DNA of 64,000 nt from Blastocystis sp. Blastoise (Eukaryota > Protista > Bigyra: Opalinata). The stretch is taken from contig JBBPEB010000025.1 in the NCBI GenBank assembly GCA_039096225.1, positions 809,593 to 873,592 of the forward strand, read 5' to 3'. How positions within the stretch are numbered: position 1 is the first letter of the stretch; every line of letters begins with the position of its first letter. Below, piece after piece: positions 51,901-64,000 of the stretch. Under the pieces are notes generated by a model. That model saw nothing but the letters and a program-made list of their open reading frames with translations. It searched no databases and was not told where the DNA came from. Both the position numbers and the translations under genes were made by a program.

Positions 51901-54900
51901 ATATCATCAATTGAAAATGAATGTGGTAATGCAAATGTATATTGTCCTTTAGGTTCTTCTTCTCCTATTAATGTTCCTTTAGGTTCTTATTCTATTCCTC
52001 TTGATGTTAATTCTACAATTCGTTCTAATTTTGTTATTTGTGAAGAAGGTAATTATTGTATAGAAGGTATTAAATATTCTTGTCCATCTGGTTCTTATGG
52101 TAATGAAACTGGTCTTTATAATAATAATTGTAGTGGTAAATGTTTAGAAGGTTATTATTGTTTAGAAGGATCTATATCATCAATTGAAAATGAATGTGGT
52201 AATGCAAATGTATATTGTCCTTTAGGTTCTTCTTCTCCTATTAATGTTCCTTTAGGTTCTTATTCTATTCCTCTTGATGTTAATTCTACAATTCGTTCTA
52301 ATTTTGTTATTTGTGAAGAAGGTAATTATTGTATAGAAGGTATTAAATATTCTTGTCCATCTGGTTCTTATGGTAATGAAACTGGTCTTTATAATAATAA
52401 TTGTAGTGGTAAATGTTTAGAAGGTTATTATTGTTTAGAAGGATCTATATCATCAATTGAAAATGAATGTGGTAATGCAAATGTATATTGTCCTTTAGGT
52501 TCTTCTTCTCCTATTAATGTTCCTTTAGGTTCTTATTCTATTCCTCTTGATGTTAATTCTACAATTCGTTCTAATTTTGTTATTTGTGAAGAAGGTAATT
52601 ATTGTATAGAAGGTATTAAATATTCTTGTCCATCTGGTTCTTATGGTAATGAAACTGGTCTTTATAATAATAATTGTAGTGGTAAATGTTTAGAAGGTTA
52701 TTATTGTTTAGAAGGATCTATATCATCAATTGAAAATGAATGTGGTAATGCAAATGTATATTGTCCTTTAGGTTCTTCTTCTCCTATTAATGTTCCTTTA
52801 GGTTCTTATTCTATTCCTCTTGATGTTAATTCTACAATTCGTTCTAATTTTGTTATTTGTGAAGAAGGTAATTATTGTATAGAAGGTATTAAATATTCTT
52901 GTCCATCTGGTTCTTATGGTAATGAAACTGGTCTTTATAATAATAATTGTAGTGGTAAATGTTTAGAAGGTTATTATTGTTTAGAAGGATCTATATCATC
53001 AATTGAAAATGAATGTGGTAATGCAAATGTATATTGTCCTTTAGGTTCTTCTTCTCCTATTAATGTTCCTTTAGGTTCTTATTCTATTCCTCTTGATGTT
53101 AATTCTACAATTCGTTCTAATTTTGTTATTTGTGAAGAAGGTAATTATTGTATAGAAGGTATTAAATATTCTTGTCCATCTGGTTCTTATGGTAATGAAA
53201 CTGGTCTTTATAATAATAATTGTAGTGGTAAATGTTTAGAAGGTTATTATTGTTTAGAAGGATCTATATCATCAATTGAAAATGAATGTGGTAATGCAAA
53301 TGTATATTGTCCTTTAGGTTCTTCTTCTCCTATTAATGTTCCTTTAGGTTCTTATTCTATTCCTCTTGATGTTAATTCTACAATTCGTTCTAATTTTGTT
53401 ATTTGTGAAGAAGGTAATTATTGTATAGAAGGTATTAAATATTCTTGTCCATCTGGTTCTTATGGTAATGAAACTGGTCTTTATAATAATAATTGTAGTG
53501 GTAAATGTTTAGAAGGTTATTATTGTTTAGAAGGATCTATATCATCAATTGAAAATGAATGTGGTAATGCAAATGTATATTGTCCTTTAGGTTCTTCTTC
53601 TCCTATTAATGTTCCTTTAGGTTCTTATTCTATTCCTCTTGATGTTAATTCTACAATTCGTTCTAATTTTGTTATTTGTGAAGAAGGTAATTATTGTATA
53701 GAAGGTATTAAATATTCTTGTCCATCTGGTTCTTATGGTAATGAAACTGGTCTTTATAATAATAATTGTAGTGGTAAATGTTTAGAAGGTTATTATTGTT
53801 TAGAAGGATCTATATCATCAATTGAAAAATGAATGTGGTAATGCAAATGTATATTGTCCTTTAGGTTCTTCTTCTCCTATTAATGTTCCTTTAGGTTCTT
53901 ATTCTATTCCTCTTGATGTTAATTCTACAATTCGTTCTAATTTTGTTATTTGTGAAGAAGGTAATTATTGTATAGAAGGTATTAAATATTCTTGTCCATC
54001 TGGTTCTTATGGTAATGAAACTGGTCTTTATAATAATAATTGTAGTGGTAAATGTTTAGAAGGTTATTATTGTTTAGAAGGATCTATATCATCAATTGAA
54101 AATGAATGTGGTAATGCAAATGTATATTGTCCTTTAGGTTCTTCTTCTCCTATTAATGTTCCTTTAGGTTCTTATTCTATTCCTCTTGATGTTAATTCTA
54201 CAATTCGTTCTAATTTTGTTATTTGTGAAGAAGGTAATTATTGTATAGAAGGTATTAAATATTCTTGTCCATCTGGTTCTTATGGTAATGAAACTGGTCT
54301 TTATAATAATAATTGTAGTGGTAAATGTTTAGAAGGTTATTATTGTTTAGAAGGATCTATATCATCAATTGAAAATGAATGTGGTAATGCAAATGTATAT
54401 TGTCCTTTAGGTTCTTCTTCTCCTATTAATGTTCCTTTAGGTTCTTATTCTATTCCTCTTGATGTTAATTCTACAATTCGTTCTAATTTTGTTATTTGTG
54501 AAGAAGGTAATTATTGTATAGAAGGTATTAAATATTCTTGTCCATCTGGTTCTTATGGTAATGAAACTGGTCTTTATAATAATAATTGTAGTGGTAAATG
54601 TTTAGAAGGTTATTATTGTTTAGAAGGATCTATATCATCAATTGAAAATGAATGTGGTAATGCAAATGTATATTGTCCTTTAGGTTCTTCTTCTCCTATT
54701 AATGTTCCTTTAGGTTCTTATTCTATTCCTCTTGATGTTAATTCTACAATTCGTTCTAATTTTGTTATTTGTGAAGAAGGTAATTATTGTATAGAAGGTA
54801 TTAAATATTCTTGTCCATCTGGTTCTTATGGTAATGAAACTGGTCTTTATAATAATAATTGTAGTGGTAAATGTTTAGAAGGTTATTATTGTTTAGAAGG

Positions 54901-57900
54901 ATCTATATCATCAATTGAAAATGAATGTGGTAATGCAAATGTATATTGTCCTTTAGGTTCTTCTTCTCCTATTAATGTTCCTTTAGGTTCTTATTCTATT
55001 CCTCTTGATGTTAATTCTACAATTCGTTCTAATTTTGTTATTTGTGAAGAAGGTAATTATTGTATAGAAGGTATTAAATATTCTTGTCCATCTGGTTCTT
55101 ATGGTAATGAAACTGGTCTTTATAATAATAATTGTAGTGGTAAATGTTTAGAAGGTTATTATTGTTTAGAAGGATCTATATCATCAATTGAAAATGAATG
55201 TGGTAATGCAAATGTATATTGTCCTTTAGGTTCTTCTTCTCCTATTAATGTTCCTTTAGGTTCTTATTCTATTCCTCTTGATGTTAATTCTACAATTCGT
55301 TCTAATTTTGTTATTTGTGAAGAAGGTAATTATTGTATAGAAGGTATTAAATATTCTTGTCCATCTGGTTCTTATGGTAATGAAACTGGTCTTTATAATA
55401 ATAATTGTAGTGGTAAATGTTTAGAAGGTTATTATTGTTTAGAAGGATCTATATCATCAATTGAAAATGAATGTGGTAATGCAAATGTATATTGTCCTTT
55501 AGGTTCTTCTTCTCCTATTAATGTTCCTTTAGGTTCTTATTCTATTCCTCTTGATGTTAATTCTACAATTCGTTCTAATTTTGTTATTTGTGAAGAAGGT
55601 AATTATTGTATAGAAGGTATTAAATATTCTTGTCCATCTGGTTCTTATGGTAATGAAACTGGTCTTTATAATAATAATTGTAGTGGTAAATGTTTAGAAG
55701 GTTATTATTGTTTAGAAGGATCTATATCATCAATTGAAAATGAATGTGGTAATGCAAATGTATATTGTCCTTTAGGTTCTTCTTCTCCTATTAATGTTCC
55801 TTTAGGTTCTTATTCTATTCCTCTTGATGTTAATTCTACAATTCGTTCTAATTTTGTTATTTGTGAAGAAGGTAATTATTGTATAGAAGGTATTAAATAT
55901 TCTTGTCCATCTGGTTCTTATGGTAATGAAACTGGTCTTTATAATAATAATTGTAGTGGTAAATGTTTAGAAGGTTATTATTGTTTAGAAGGATCTATAT
56001 CATCAATTGAAAATGAATGTGGTAATGCAAATGTATATTGTCCTTTAGGTTCTTCTTCTCCTATTAATGTTCCTTTAGGTTCTTATTCTATTCCTCTTGA
56101 TGTTAATTCTACAATTCGTTCTAATTTTGTTATTTGTGAAGAAGGTAATTATTGTATAGAAGGTATTAAATATTCTTGTCCATCTGGTTCTTATGGTAAT
56201 GAAACTGGTCTTTATAATAATAATTGTAGTGGTAAATGTTTAGAAGGTTATTATTGTTTAGAAGGATCTATATCATCAATTGAAAATGAATGTGGTAATG
56301 CAAATGTATATTGTCCTTTAGGTTCTTCTTCTCCTATTAATGTTCCTTTAGGTTCTTATTCTATTCCTCTTGATGTTAATTCTACAATTCGTTCTAATTT
56401 TGTTATTTGTGAAGAAGGTAATTATTGTATAGAAGGTATTAAATATTCTTGTCCATCTGGTTCTTATGGTAATGAAACTGGTCTTTATAATAATAATTGT
56501 AGTGGTAAATGTTTAGAAGGTTATTATTGTTTAGAAGGATCTATATCATCAATTGAAAATGAATGTGGTAATGCAAATGTATATTGTCCTTTAGGTTCTT
56601 CTTCTCCTATTAATGTTCCTTTAGGTTCTTATTCTATTCCTCTTGATGTTAATTCTACAATTCGTTCTAATTTTGTTATTTGTGAAGAAGGTAATTATTG
56701 TATAGAAGGTATTAAATATTCTTGTCCATCTGGTTCTTATGGTAATGAAACTGGTCTTTATAATAATAATTGTAGTGGTAAATGTTTAGAAGGTTATTAT
56801 TGTTTAGAAGGATCTATATCATCAATTGAAAATGAATGTGGTAATGCAAATGTATATTGTCCTTTAGGTTCTTCTTCTCCTATTAATGTTCCTTTAGGTT
56901 CTTATTCTATTCCTCTTGATGTTAATTCTACAATTCGTTCTAATTTTGTTATTTGTGAAGAAGGTAATTATTGTATAGAAGGTATTAAATATTCTTGTCC
57001 ATCTGGTTCTTATGGTAATGAAACTGGTCTTTATAATAATAATTGTAGTGGTAAATGTTTAGAAGGTTATTATTGTTTAGAAGGATCTATATCATCAATT
57101 GAAAATGAATGTGGTAATGCAAATGTATATTGTCCTTTAGGTTCTTCTTCTCCTATTAATGTTCCTTTAGGTTCTTATTCTATTCCTCTTGATGTTAATT
57201 CTACAATTCGTTCTAATTTTGTTATTTGTGAAGAAGGTAATTATTGTATAGAAGGTATTAAATATTCTTGTCCATCTGGTTCTTATGGTAATGAAACTGG
57301 TCTTTATAATAATAATTGTAGTGGTAAATGTTTAGAAGGTTATTATTGTTTAGAAGGATCTATATCATCAATTGAAAATGAATGTGGTAATGCAAATGTA
57401 TATTGTCCTTTAGGTTCTTCTTCTCCTATTAATGTTCCTTTAGGTTCTTATTCTATTCCTCTTGATGTTAATTCTACAATTCGTTCTAATTTTGTTATTT
57501 GTGAAGAAGGTAATTATTGTATAGAAGGTATTAAATATTCTTGTCCATCTGGTTCTTATGGTAATGAAACTGGTCTTTATAATAATAATTGTAGTGGTAA
57601 ATGTTTAGAAGGTTATTATTGTTTAGAAGGATCTATATCATCAATTGAAAATGAATGTGGTAATGCAAATGTATATTGTCCTTTAGGTTCTTCTTCTCCT
57701 ATTAATGTTCCTTTAGGTTCTTATTCTATTCCTCTTGATGTTAATTCTACAATTCGTTCTAATTTTGTTATTTGTGAAGAAGGTAATTATTGTATAGAAG
57801 GTATTAAATATTCTTGTCCATCTGGTTCTTATGGTAATGAAACTGGTCTTTATAATAATAATTGTAGTGGTAAATGTTTAGAAGGTTATTATTGTTTAGA

Positions 57901-60900
57901 AGGATCTATATCATCAATTGAAAATGAATGTGGTAATGCAAATGTATATTGTCCTTTAGGTTCTTCTTCTCCTATTAATGTTCCTTTAGGTTCTTATTCT
58001 ATTCCTCTTGATGTTAATTCTACAATTCGTTCTAATTTTGTTATTTGTGAAGAAGGTAATTATTGTATAGAAGGTATTAAATATTCTTGTCCATCTGGTT
58101 CTTATGGTAATGAAACTGGTCTTTATAATAATAATTGTAGTGGTAAATGTTTAGAAGGTTATTATTGTTTAGAAGGATCTATATCATCAATTGAAAATGA
58201 ATGTGGTAATGCAAATGTATATTGTCCTTTAGGTTCTTCTTCTCCTATTAATGTTCCTTTAGGTTCTTATTCTATTCCTCTTGATGTTAATTCTACAATT
58301 CGTTCTAATTTTGTTATTTGTGAAGAAGGTAATTATTGTATAGAAGGTATTAAATATTCTTGTCCATCTGGTTCTTATGGTAATGAAACTGGTCTTTATA
58401 ATAATAATTGTAGTGGTAAATGTTTAGAAGGTTATTATTGTTTAGAAGGATCTATATCATCAATTGAAAATGAATGTGGTAATGCAAATGTATATTGTCC
58501 TTTAGGTTCTTCTTCTCCTATTAATGTTCCTTTAGGTTCTTATTCTATTCCTCTTGATGTTAATTCTACAATTCGTTCTAATTTTGTTATTTGTGAAGAA
58601 GGTAATTATTGTATAGAAGGTATTAAATATTCTTGTCCATCTGGTTCTTATGGTAATGAAACTGGTCTTTATAATAATAATTGTAGTGGTAAATGTTTAG
58701 AAGGTTATTATTGTTTAGAAGGATCTATATCATCAATTGAAAATGAATGTGGTAATGCAAATGTATATTGTCCTTTAGGTTCTTCTTCTCCTATTAATGT
58801 TCCTTTAGGTTCTTATTCTATTCCTCTTGATGTTAATTCTACAATTCGTTCTAATTTTGTTATTTGTGAAGAAGGTAATTATTGTATAGAAGGTATTAAA
58901 TATTCTTGTCCATCTGGTTCTTATGGTAATGAAACTGGTCTTTATAATAATAATTGTAGTGGTAAATGTTTAGAAGGTTATTATTGTTTAGAAGGATCTA
59001 TATCATCAATTGAAAATGAATGTGGTAATGCAAATGTATATTGTCCTTTAGGTTCTTCTTCTCCTATTAATGTTCCTTTAGGTTCTTATTCTATTCCTCT
59101 TGATGTTAATTCTACAATTCGTTCTAATTTTGTTATTTGTGAAGAAGGTAATTATTGTATAGAAGGTATTAAATATTCTTGTCCATCTGGTTCTTATGGT
59201 AATGAAACTGGTCTTTATAATAATAATTGTAGTGGTAAATGTTTAGAAGGTTATTATTGTTTAGAAGGATCTATATCATCAATTGAAAATGAATGTGGTA
59301 ATGCAAATGTATATTGTCCTTTAGGTTCTTCTTCTCCTATTAATGTTCCTTTAGGTTCTTATTCTATTCCTCTTGATGTTAATTCTACAATTCGTTCTAA
59401 TTTTGTTATTTGTGAAGAAGGTAATTATTGTATAGAAGGTATTAAATATTCTTGTCCATCTGGTTCTTATGGTAATGAAACTGGTCTTTATAATAATAAT
59501 TGTAGTGGTAAATGTTTAGAAGGTTATTATTGTTTAGAAGGATCTATATCATCAATTGAAAATGAATGTGGTAATGCAAATGTATATTGTCCTTTAGGTT
59601 CTTCTTCTCCTATTAATGTTCCTTTAGGTTCTTATTCTATTCCTCTTGATGTTAATTCTACAATTCGTTCTAATTTTGTTATTTGTGAAGAAGGTAATTA
59701 TTGTATAGAAGGTATTAAATATTCTTGTCCATCTGGTTCTTATGGTAATGAAACTGGTCTTTATAATAATAATTGTAGTGGTAAATGTTTAGAAGGTTAT
59801 TATTGTTTAGAAGGATCTATATCATCAATTGAAAATGAATGTGGTAATGCAAATGTATATTGTCCTTTAGGTTCTTCTTCTCCTATTAATGTTCCTTTAG
59901 GTTCTTATTCTATTCCTCTTGATGTTAATTCTACAATTCGTTCTAATTTTGTTATTTGTGAAGAAGGTAATTATTGTATAGAAGGTATTAAATATTCTTG
60001 TCCATCTGGTTCTTATGGTAATGAAACTGGTCTTTATAATAATAATTGTAGTGGTAAATGTTTAGAAGGTTATTATTGTTTAGAAGGATCTATATCATCA
60101 ATTGAAAATGAATGTGGTAATGCAAATGTATATTGTCCTTTAGGTTCTTCTTCTCCTATTAATGTTCCTTTAGGTTCTTATTCTATTCCTCTTGATGTTA
60201 ATTCTACAATTCGTTCTAATTTTGTTATTTGTGAAGAAGGTAATTATTGTATAGAAGGTATTAAATATTCTTGTCCATCTGGTTCTTATGGTAATGAAAC
60301 TGGTCTTTATAATAATAATTGTAGTGGTAAATGTTTAGAAGGTTATTATTGTTTAGAAGGATCTATATCATCAATTGAAAATGAATGTGGTAATGCAAAT
60401 GTATATTGTCCTTTAGGTTCTTCTTCTCCTATTAATGTTCCTTTAGGTTCTTATTCTATTCCTCTTGATGTTAATTCTACAATTCGTTCTAATTTTGTTA
60501 TTTGTGAAGAAGGTAATTATTGTATAGAAGGTATTAAATATTCTTGTCCATCTGGTTCTTATGGTAATGAAACTGGTCTTTATAATAATAATTGTAGTGG
60601 TAAATGTTTAGAAGGTTATTATTGTTTAGAAGGATCTATATCATCAATTGAAAATGAATGTGGTAATGCAAATGTATATTGTCCTTTAGGTTCTTCTTCT
60701 CCTATTAATGTTCCTTTAGGTTCTTATTCTATTCCTCTTGATGTTAATTCTACAATTCGTTCTAATTTTGTTATTTGTGAAGAAGGTAATTATTGTATAG
60801 AAGGTATTAAATATTCTTGTCCATCTGGTTCTTATGGTAATGAAACTGGTCTTTATAATAATAATTGTAGTGGTAAATGTTTAGAAGGTTATTATTGTTT

Positions 60901-63900
60901 AGAAGGATCTATATCATCAATTGAAAATGAATGTGGTAATGCAAATGTATATTGTCCTTTAGGTTCTTCTTCTCCTATTAATGTTCCTTTAGGTTCTTAT
61001 TCTATTCCTCTTGATGTTAATTCTACAATTCGTTCTAATTTTGTTATTTGTGAAGAAGGTAATTATTGTATAGAAGGTATTAAATATTCTTGTCCATCTG
61101 GTTCTTATGGTAATGAAACTGGTCTTTATAATAATAATTGTAGTGGTAAATGTTTAGAAGGTTATTATTGTTTAGAAGGATCTATATCATCAATTGAAAA
61201 TGAATGTGGTAATGCAAATGTATATTGTCCTTTAGGTTCTTCTTCTCCTATTAATGTTCCTTTAGGTTCTTATTCTATTCCTCTTGATGTTAATTCTACA
61301 ATTCGTTCTAATTTTGTTATTTGTGAAGAAGGTAATTATTGTATAGAAGGTATTAAATATTCTTGTCCATCTGGTTCTTATGGTAATGAAACTGGTCTTT
61401 ATAATAATAATTGTAGTGGTAAATGTTTAGAAGGTTATTATTGTTTAGAAGGATCTATATCATCAATTGAAAATGAATGTGGTAATGCAAATGTATATTG
61501 TCCTTTAGGTTCTTCTTCTCCTATTAATGTTCCTTTAGGTTCTTATTCTATTCCTCTTGATGTTAATTCTACAATTCGTTCTAATTTTGTTATTTGTGAA
61601 GAAGGTAATTATTGTATAGAAGGTATTAAATATTCTTGTCCATCTGGTTCTTATGGTAATGAAACTGGTCTTTATAATAATAATTGTAGTGGTAAATGTT
61701 TAGAAGGTTATTATTGTTTAGAAGGATCTATATCATCAATTGAAAATGAATGTGGTAATGCAAATGTATATTGTCCTTTAGGTTCTTCTTCTCCTATTAA
61801 TGTTCCTTTAGGTTCTTATTCTATTCCTCTTGATGTTAATTCTACAATTCGTTCTAATTTTGTTATTTGTGAAGAAGGTAATTATTGTATAGAAGGTATT
61901 AAATATTCTTGTCCATCTGGTTCTTATGGTAATGAAACTGGTCTTTATAATAATAATTGTAGTGGTAAATGTTTAGAAGGTTATTATTGTTTAGAAGGAT
62001 CTATATCATCAATTGAAAATGAATGTGGTAATGCAAATGTATATTGTCCTTTAGGTTCTTCTTCTCCTATTAATGTTCCTTTAGGTTCTTATTCTATTCC
62101 TCTTGATGTTAATTCTACAATTCGTTCTAATTTTGTTATTTGTGAAGAAGGTAATTATTGTATAGAAGGTATTAAATATTCTTGTCCATCTGGTTCTTAT
62201 GGTAATGAAACTGGTCTTTATAATAATAATTGTAGTGGTAAATGTTTAGAAGGTTATTATTGTTTAGAAGGATCTATATCATCAATTGAAAATGAATGTG
62301 GTAATGCAAATGTATATTGTCCTTTAGGTTCTTCTTCTCCTATTAATGTTCCTTTAGGTTCTTATTCTATTCCTCTTGATGTTAATTCTACAATTCGTTC
62401 TAATTTTGTTATTTGTGAAGAAGGTAATTATTGTATAGAAGGTATTAAATATTCTTGTCCATCTGGTTCTTATGGTAATGAAACTGGTCTTTATAATAAT
62501 AATTGTAGTGGTAAATGTTTAGAAGGTTATTATTGTTTAGAAGGATCTATATCATCAATTGAAAATGAATGTGGTAATGCAAATGTATATTGTCCTTTAG
62601 GTTCTTCTTCTCCTATTAATGTTCCTTTAGGTTCTTATTCTATTCCTCTTGATGTTAATTCTACAATTCGTTCTAATTTTGTTATTTGTGAAGAAGGTAA
62701 TTATTGTATAGAAGGTATTAAATATTCTTGTCCATCTGGTTCTTATGGTAATGAAACTGGTCTTTATAATAATAATTGTAGTGGTAAATGTTTAGAAGGT
62801 TATTATTGTTTAGAAGGATCTATATCATCAATTGAAAATGAATGTGGTAATGCAAATGTATATTGTCCTTTAGGTTCTTCTTCTCCTATTAATGTTCCTT
62901 TAGGTTCTTATTCTATTCCTCTTGATGTTAATTCTACAATTCGTTCTAATTTTGTTATTTGTGAAGAAGGTAATTATTGTATAGAAGGTATTAAATATTC
63001 TTGTCCATCTGGTTCTTATGGTAATGAAACTGGTCTTTATAATAATAATTGTAGTGGTAAATGTTTAGAAGGTTATTATTGTTTAGAAGGATCTATATCA
63101 TCAATTGAAAATGAATGTGGTAATGCAAATGTATATTGTCCTTTAGGTTCTTCTTCTCCTATTAATGTTCCTTTAGGTTCTTATTCTATTCCTCTTGATG
63201 TTAATTCTACAATTCGTTCTAATTTTGTTATTTGTGAAGAAGGTAATTATTGTATAGAAGGTATTAAATATTCTTGTCCATCTGGTTCTTATGGTAATGA
63301 AACTGGTCTTTATAATAATAATTGTAGTGGTAAATGTTTAGAAGGTTATTATTGTTTAGAAGGATCTATATCATCAATTGAAAATGAATGTGGTAATGCA
63401 AATGTATATTGTCCTTTAGGTTCTTCTTCTCCTATTAATGTTCCTTTAGGTTCTTATTCTATTCCTCTTGATGTTAATTCTACAATTCGTTCTAATTTTG
63501 TTATTTGTGAAGAAGGTAATTATTGTATAGAAGGTATTAAATATTCTTGTCCATCTGGTTCTTATGGTAATGAAACTGGTCTTTATAATAATAATTGTAG
63601 TGGTAAATGTTTAGAAGGTTATTATTGTTTAGAAGGATCTATATCATCAATTGAAAATGAATGTGGTAATGCAAATGTATATTGTCCTTTAGGTTCTTCT
63701 TCTCCTATTAATGTTCCTTTAGGTTCTTATTCTATTCCTCTTGATGTTAATTCTACAATTCGTTCTAATTTTGTTATTTGTGAAGAAGGTAATTATTGTA
63801 TAGAAGGTATTAAATATTCTTGTCCATCTGGTTCTTATGGTAATGAAACTGGTCTTTATAATAATAATTGTAGTGGTAAATGTTTAGAAGGTTATTATTG

Positions 63901-64000
63901 TTTAGAAGGATCTATATCATCAATTGAAAATGAATGTGGTAATGCAAATGTATATTGTCCTTTAGGTTCTTCTTCTCCTATTAATGTTCCTTTAGGTTCT
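9870..64000 (+). CDS. Giant secreted/surface cysteine-rich repeat glycoprotein (GCC2/GCC3, ephrin-receptor-like repeats); 3' end outside window. Model: join(9870..10023,10059..10100,10136..10228,10265..10344,10378..10456,10495..>64000), with +1 insertions at ~50203-50206 and ~53825-53829
   Basis: Splicing five GT-AG introns gives a continuous frame MQNFKTAIFLLWLFFIPGFCNELN...EYCPPGSYYDGSLCIQCHDGFYS...CPEFYYCPDGTSS...YYCPIGSSNITAVPNGYY...CKRGHYCSSG... that enters the 10446 ORF frame. CPxGxY, CxxGxYCxxG and CxxC motifs fit the ephrin-receptor-like/GCC2_GCC3 class (pattern recognition, no HMM run). Confidence 0.88.
10024..10058 (+). other. Intron 1 (35 nt, phase 1)
   Basis: gtatat...gttag, AT-rich; removal gives CPPG|SYY. 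Confidence 0.85.
10101..10135 (+). other. Intron 2 (35 nt, phase 1)
   Basis: gtaact...tttag; removal gives CHDG|FYS. Confidence 0.85.
10229..10264 (+). other. Intron 3 (36 nt, phase 1)
   Basis: gtatag...tttag; contains an in-frame TAA; removal gives CPDG|TSS. Confidence 0.85.
10345..10377 (+). other. Intron 4 (33 nt, phase 0)
   Basis: gtatat...tttag; the acceptor TAG is an in-frame stop if retained; removal gives ITA|VPNGYY. Confidence 0.85.
10457..10494 (+). other. Intron 5 (38 nt, phase 1)
   Basis: gtatat...tatag; removal gives CKRG|HYC and joins the long ORF frame. Confidence 0.85.
10641..64000 (+). repeat. Coding tandem array, 273-bp unit, ~195.5 copies, open at the window end
   Basis: Unit = KCLEGYYCLEGSISSIENECGNANVYCPLGSSSPINVPLGSYSIPLDVNSTIRSNFVICEEGNYCIEGIKYSCPSGSYGNETGLYNNNCSG (91 aa). 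Printed lines recur every 5460 nt (20 x 273). 53,358/273 = ~195.5. Confidence 0.98.
53830..64000 (+). CDS. Continuation of the repeat reading frame after the second +1 insertion (absent from the ORF track, no stop in window)
   Basis: The same 273-bp units continue to 64000 with no stop seen in the repeat frame. Confidence 0.8.

Noticed and set aside
50185-53832. Separate 1215-aa gene
   Set aside because: It is the same array between two +1 insertions; its start is an out-of-frame ATG present in every unit.
10641-64000. Non-coding satellite or centromeric DNA
   Set aside because: The unit is a multiple of 3, stop-free despite high AT, has strong codon-position bias and a coherent Cys motif, and is in frame with a signal-peptide leader.

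Overview
AT-rich eukaryotic genomic DNA with two parts. (1) 1-9.8 kb is a nest of hAT-superfamily DNA transposons. It holds a 5'-truncated hAT transposase on the minus strand, which has been invaded by two ~1.2-kb non-autonomous elements sharing its own TIR (TAGAGCGGTTCAAAAG plus GTTGCGACA subterminal repeats; one copy has a perfect 8-bp TSD). It also holds two independent 181-bp MITE insertions of a second family, each with its own 8-bp TSD, and several relics. (2) 9870->64000 is one giant plus-strand gene that the ORF track mis-starts. It has a signal-peptide exon, five tiny GT-AG introns (33-38 nt) and a divergent Cys-rich N-terminal region. A single >53-kb exon follows, made of ~195 almost identical 273-bp units, each encoding a 91-aa, 8-Cys, 3-sequon GCC2/GCC3 (ephrin-receptor-like)-type repeat. 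The array runs off the window end. By eye I found only four deviations in it: one SNP, one clustered 5-nt patch and two +1 homopolymer insertions. If the two insertions are sequencing errors, the product is a secreted or surface glycoprotein of at least ~18,000 aa. Standard genetic code and tiny introns point to a protist (a Blastocystis-like stramenopile is one candidate; this is inference only). Copy number and the frameshifts need read-level validation.
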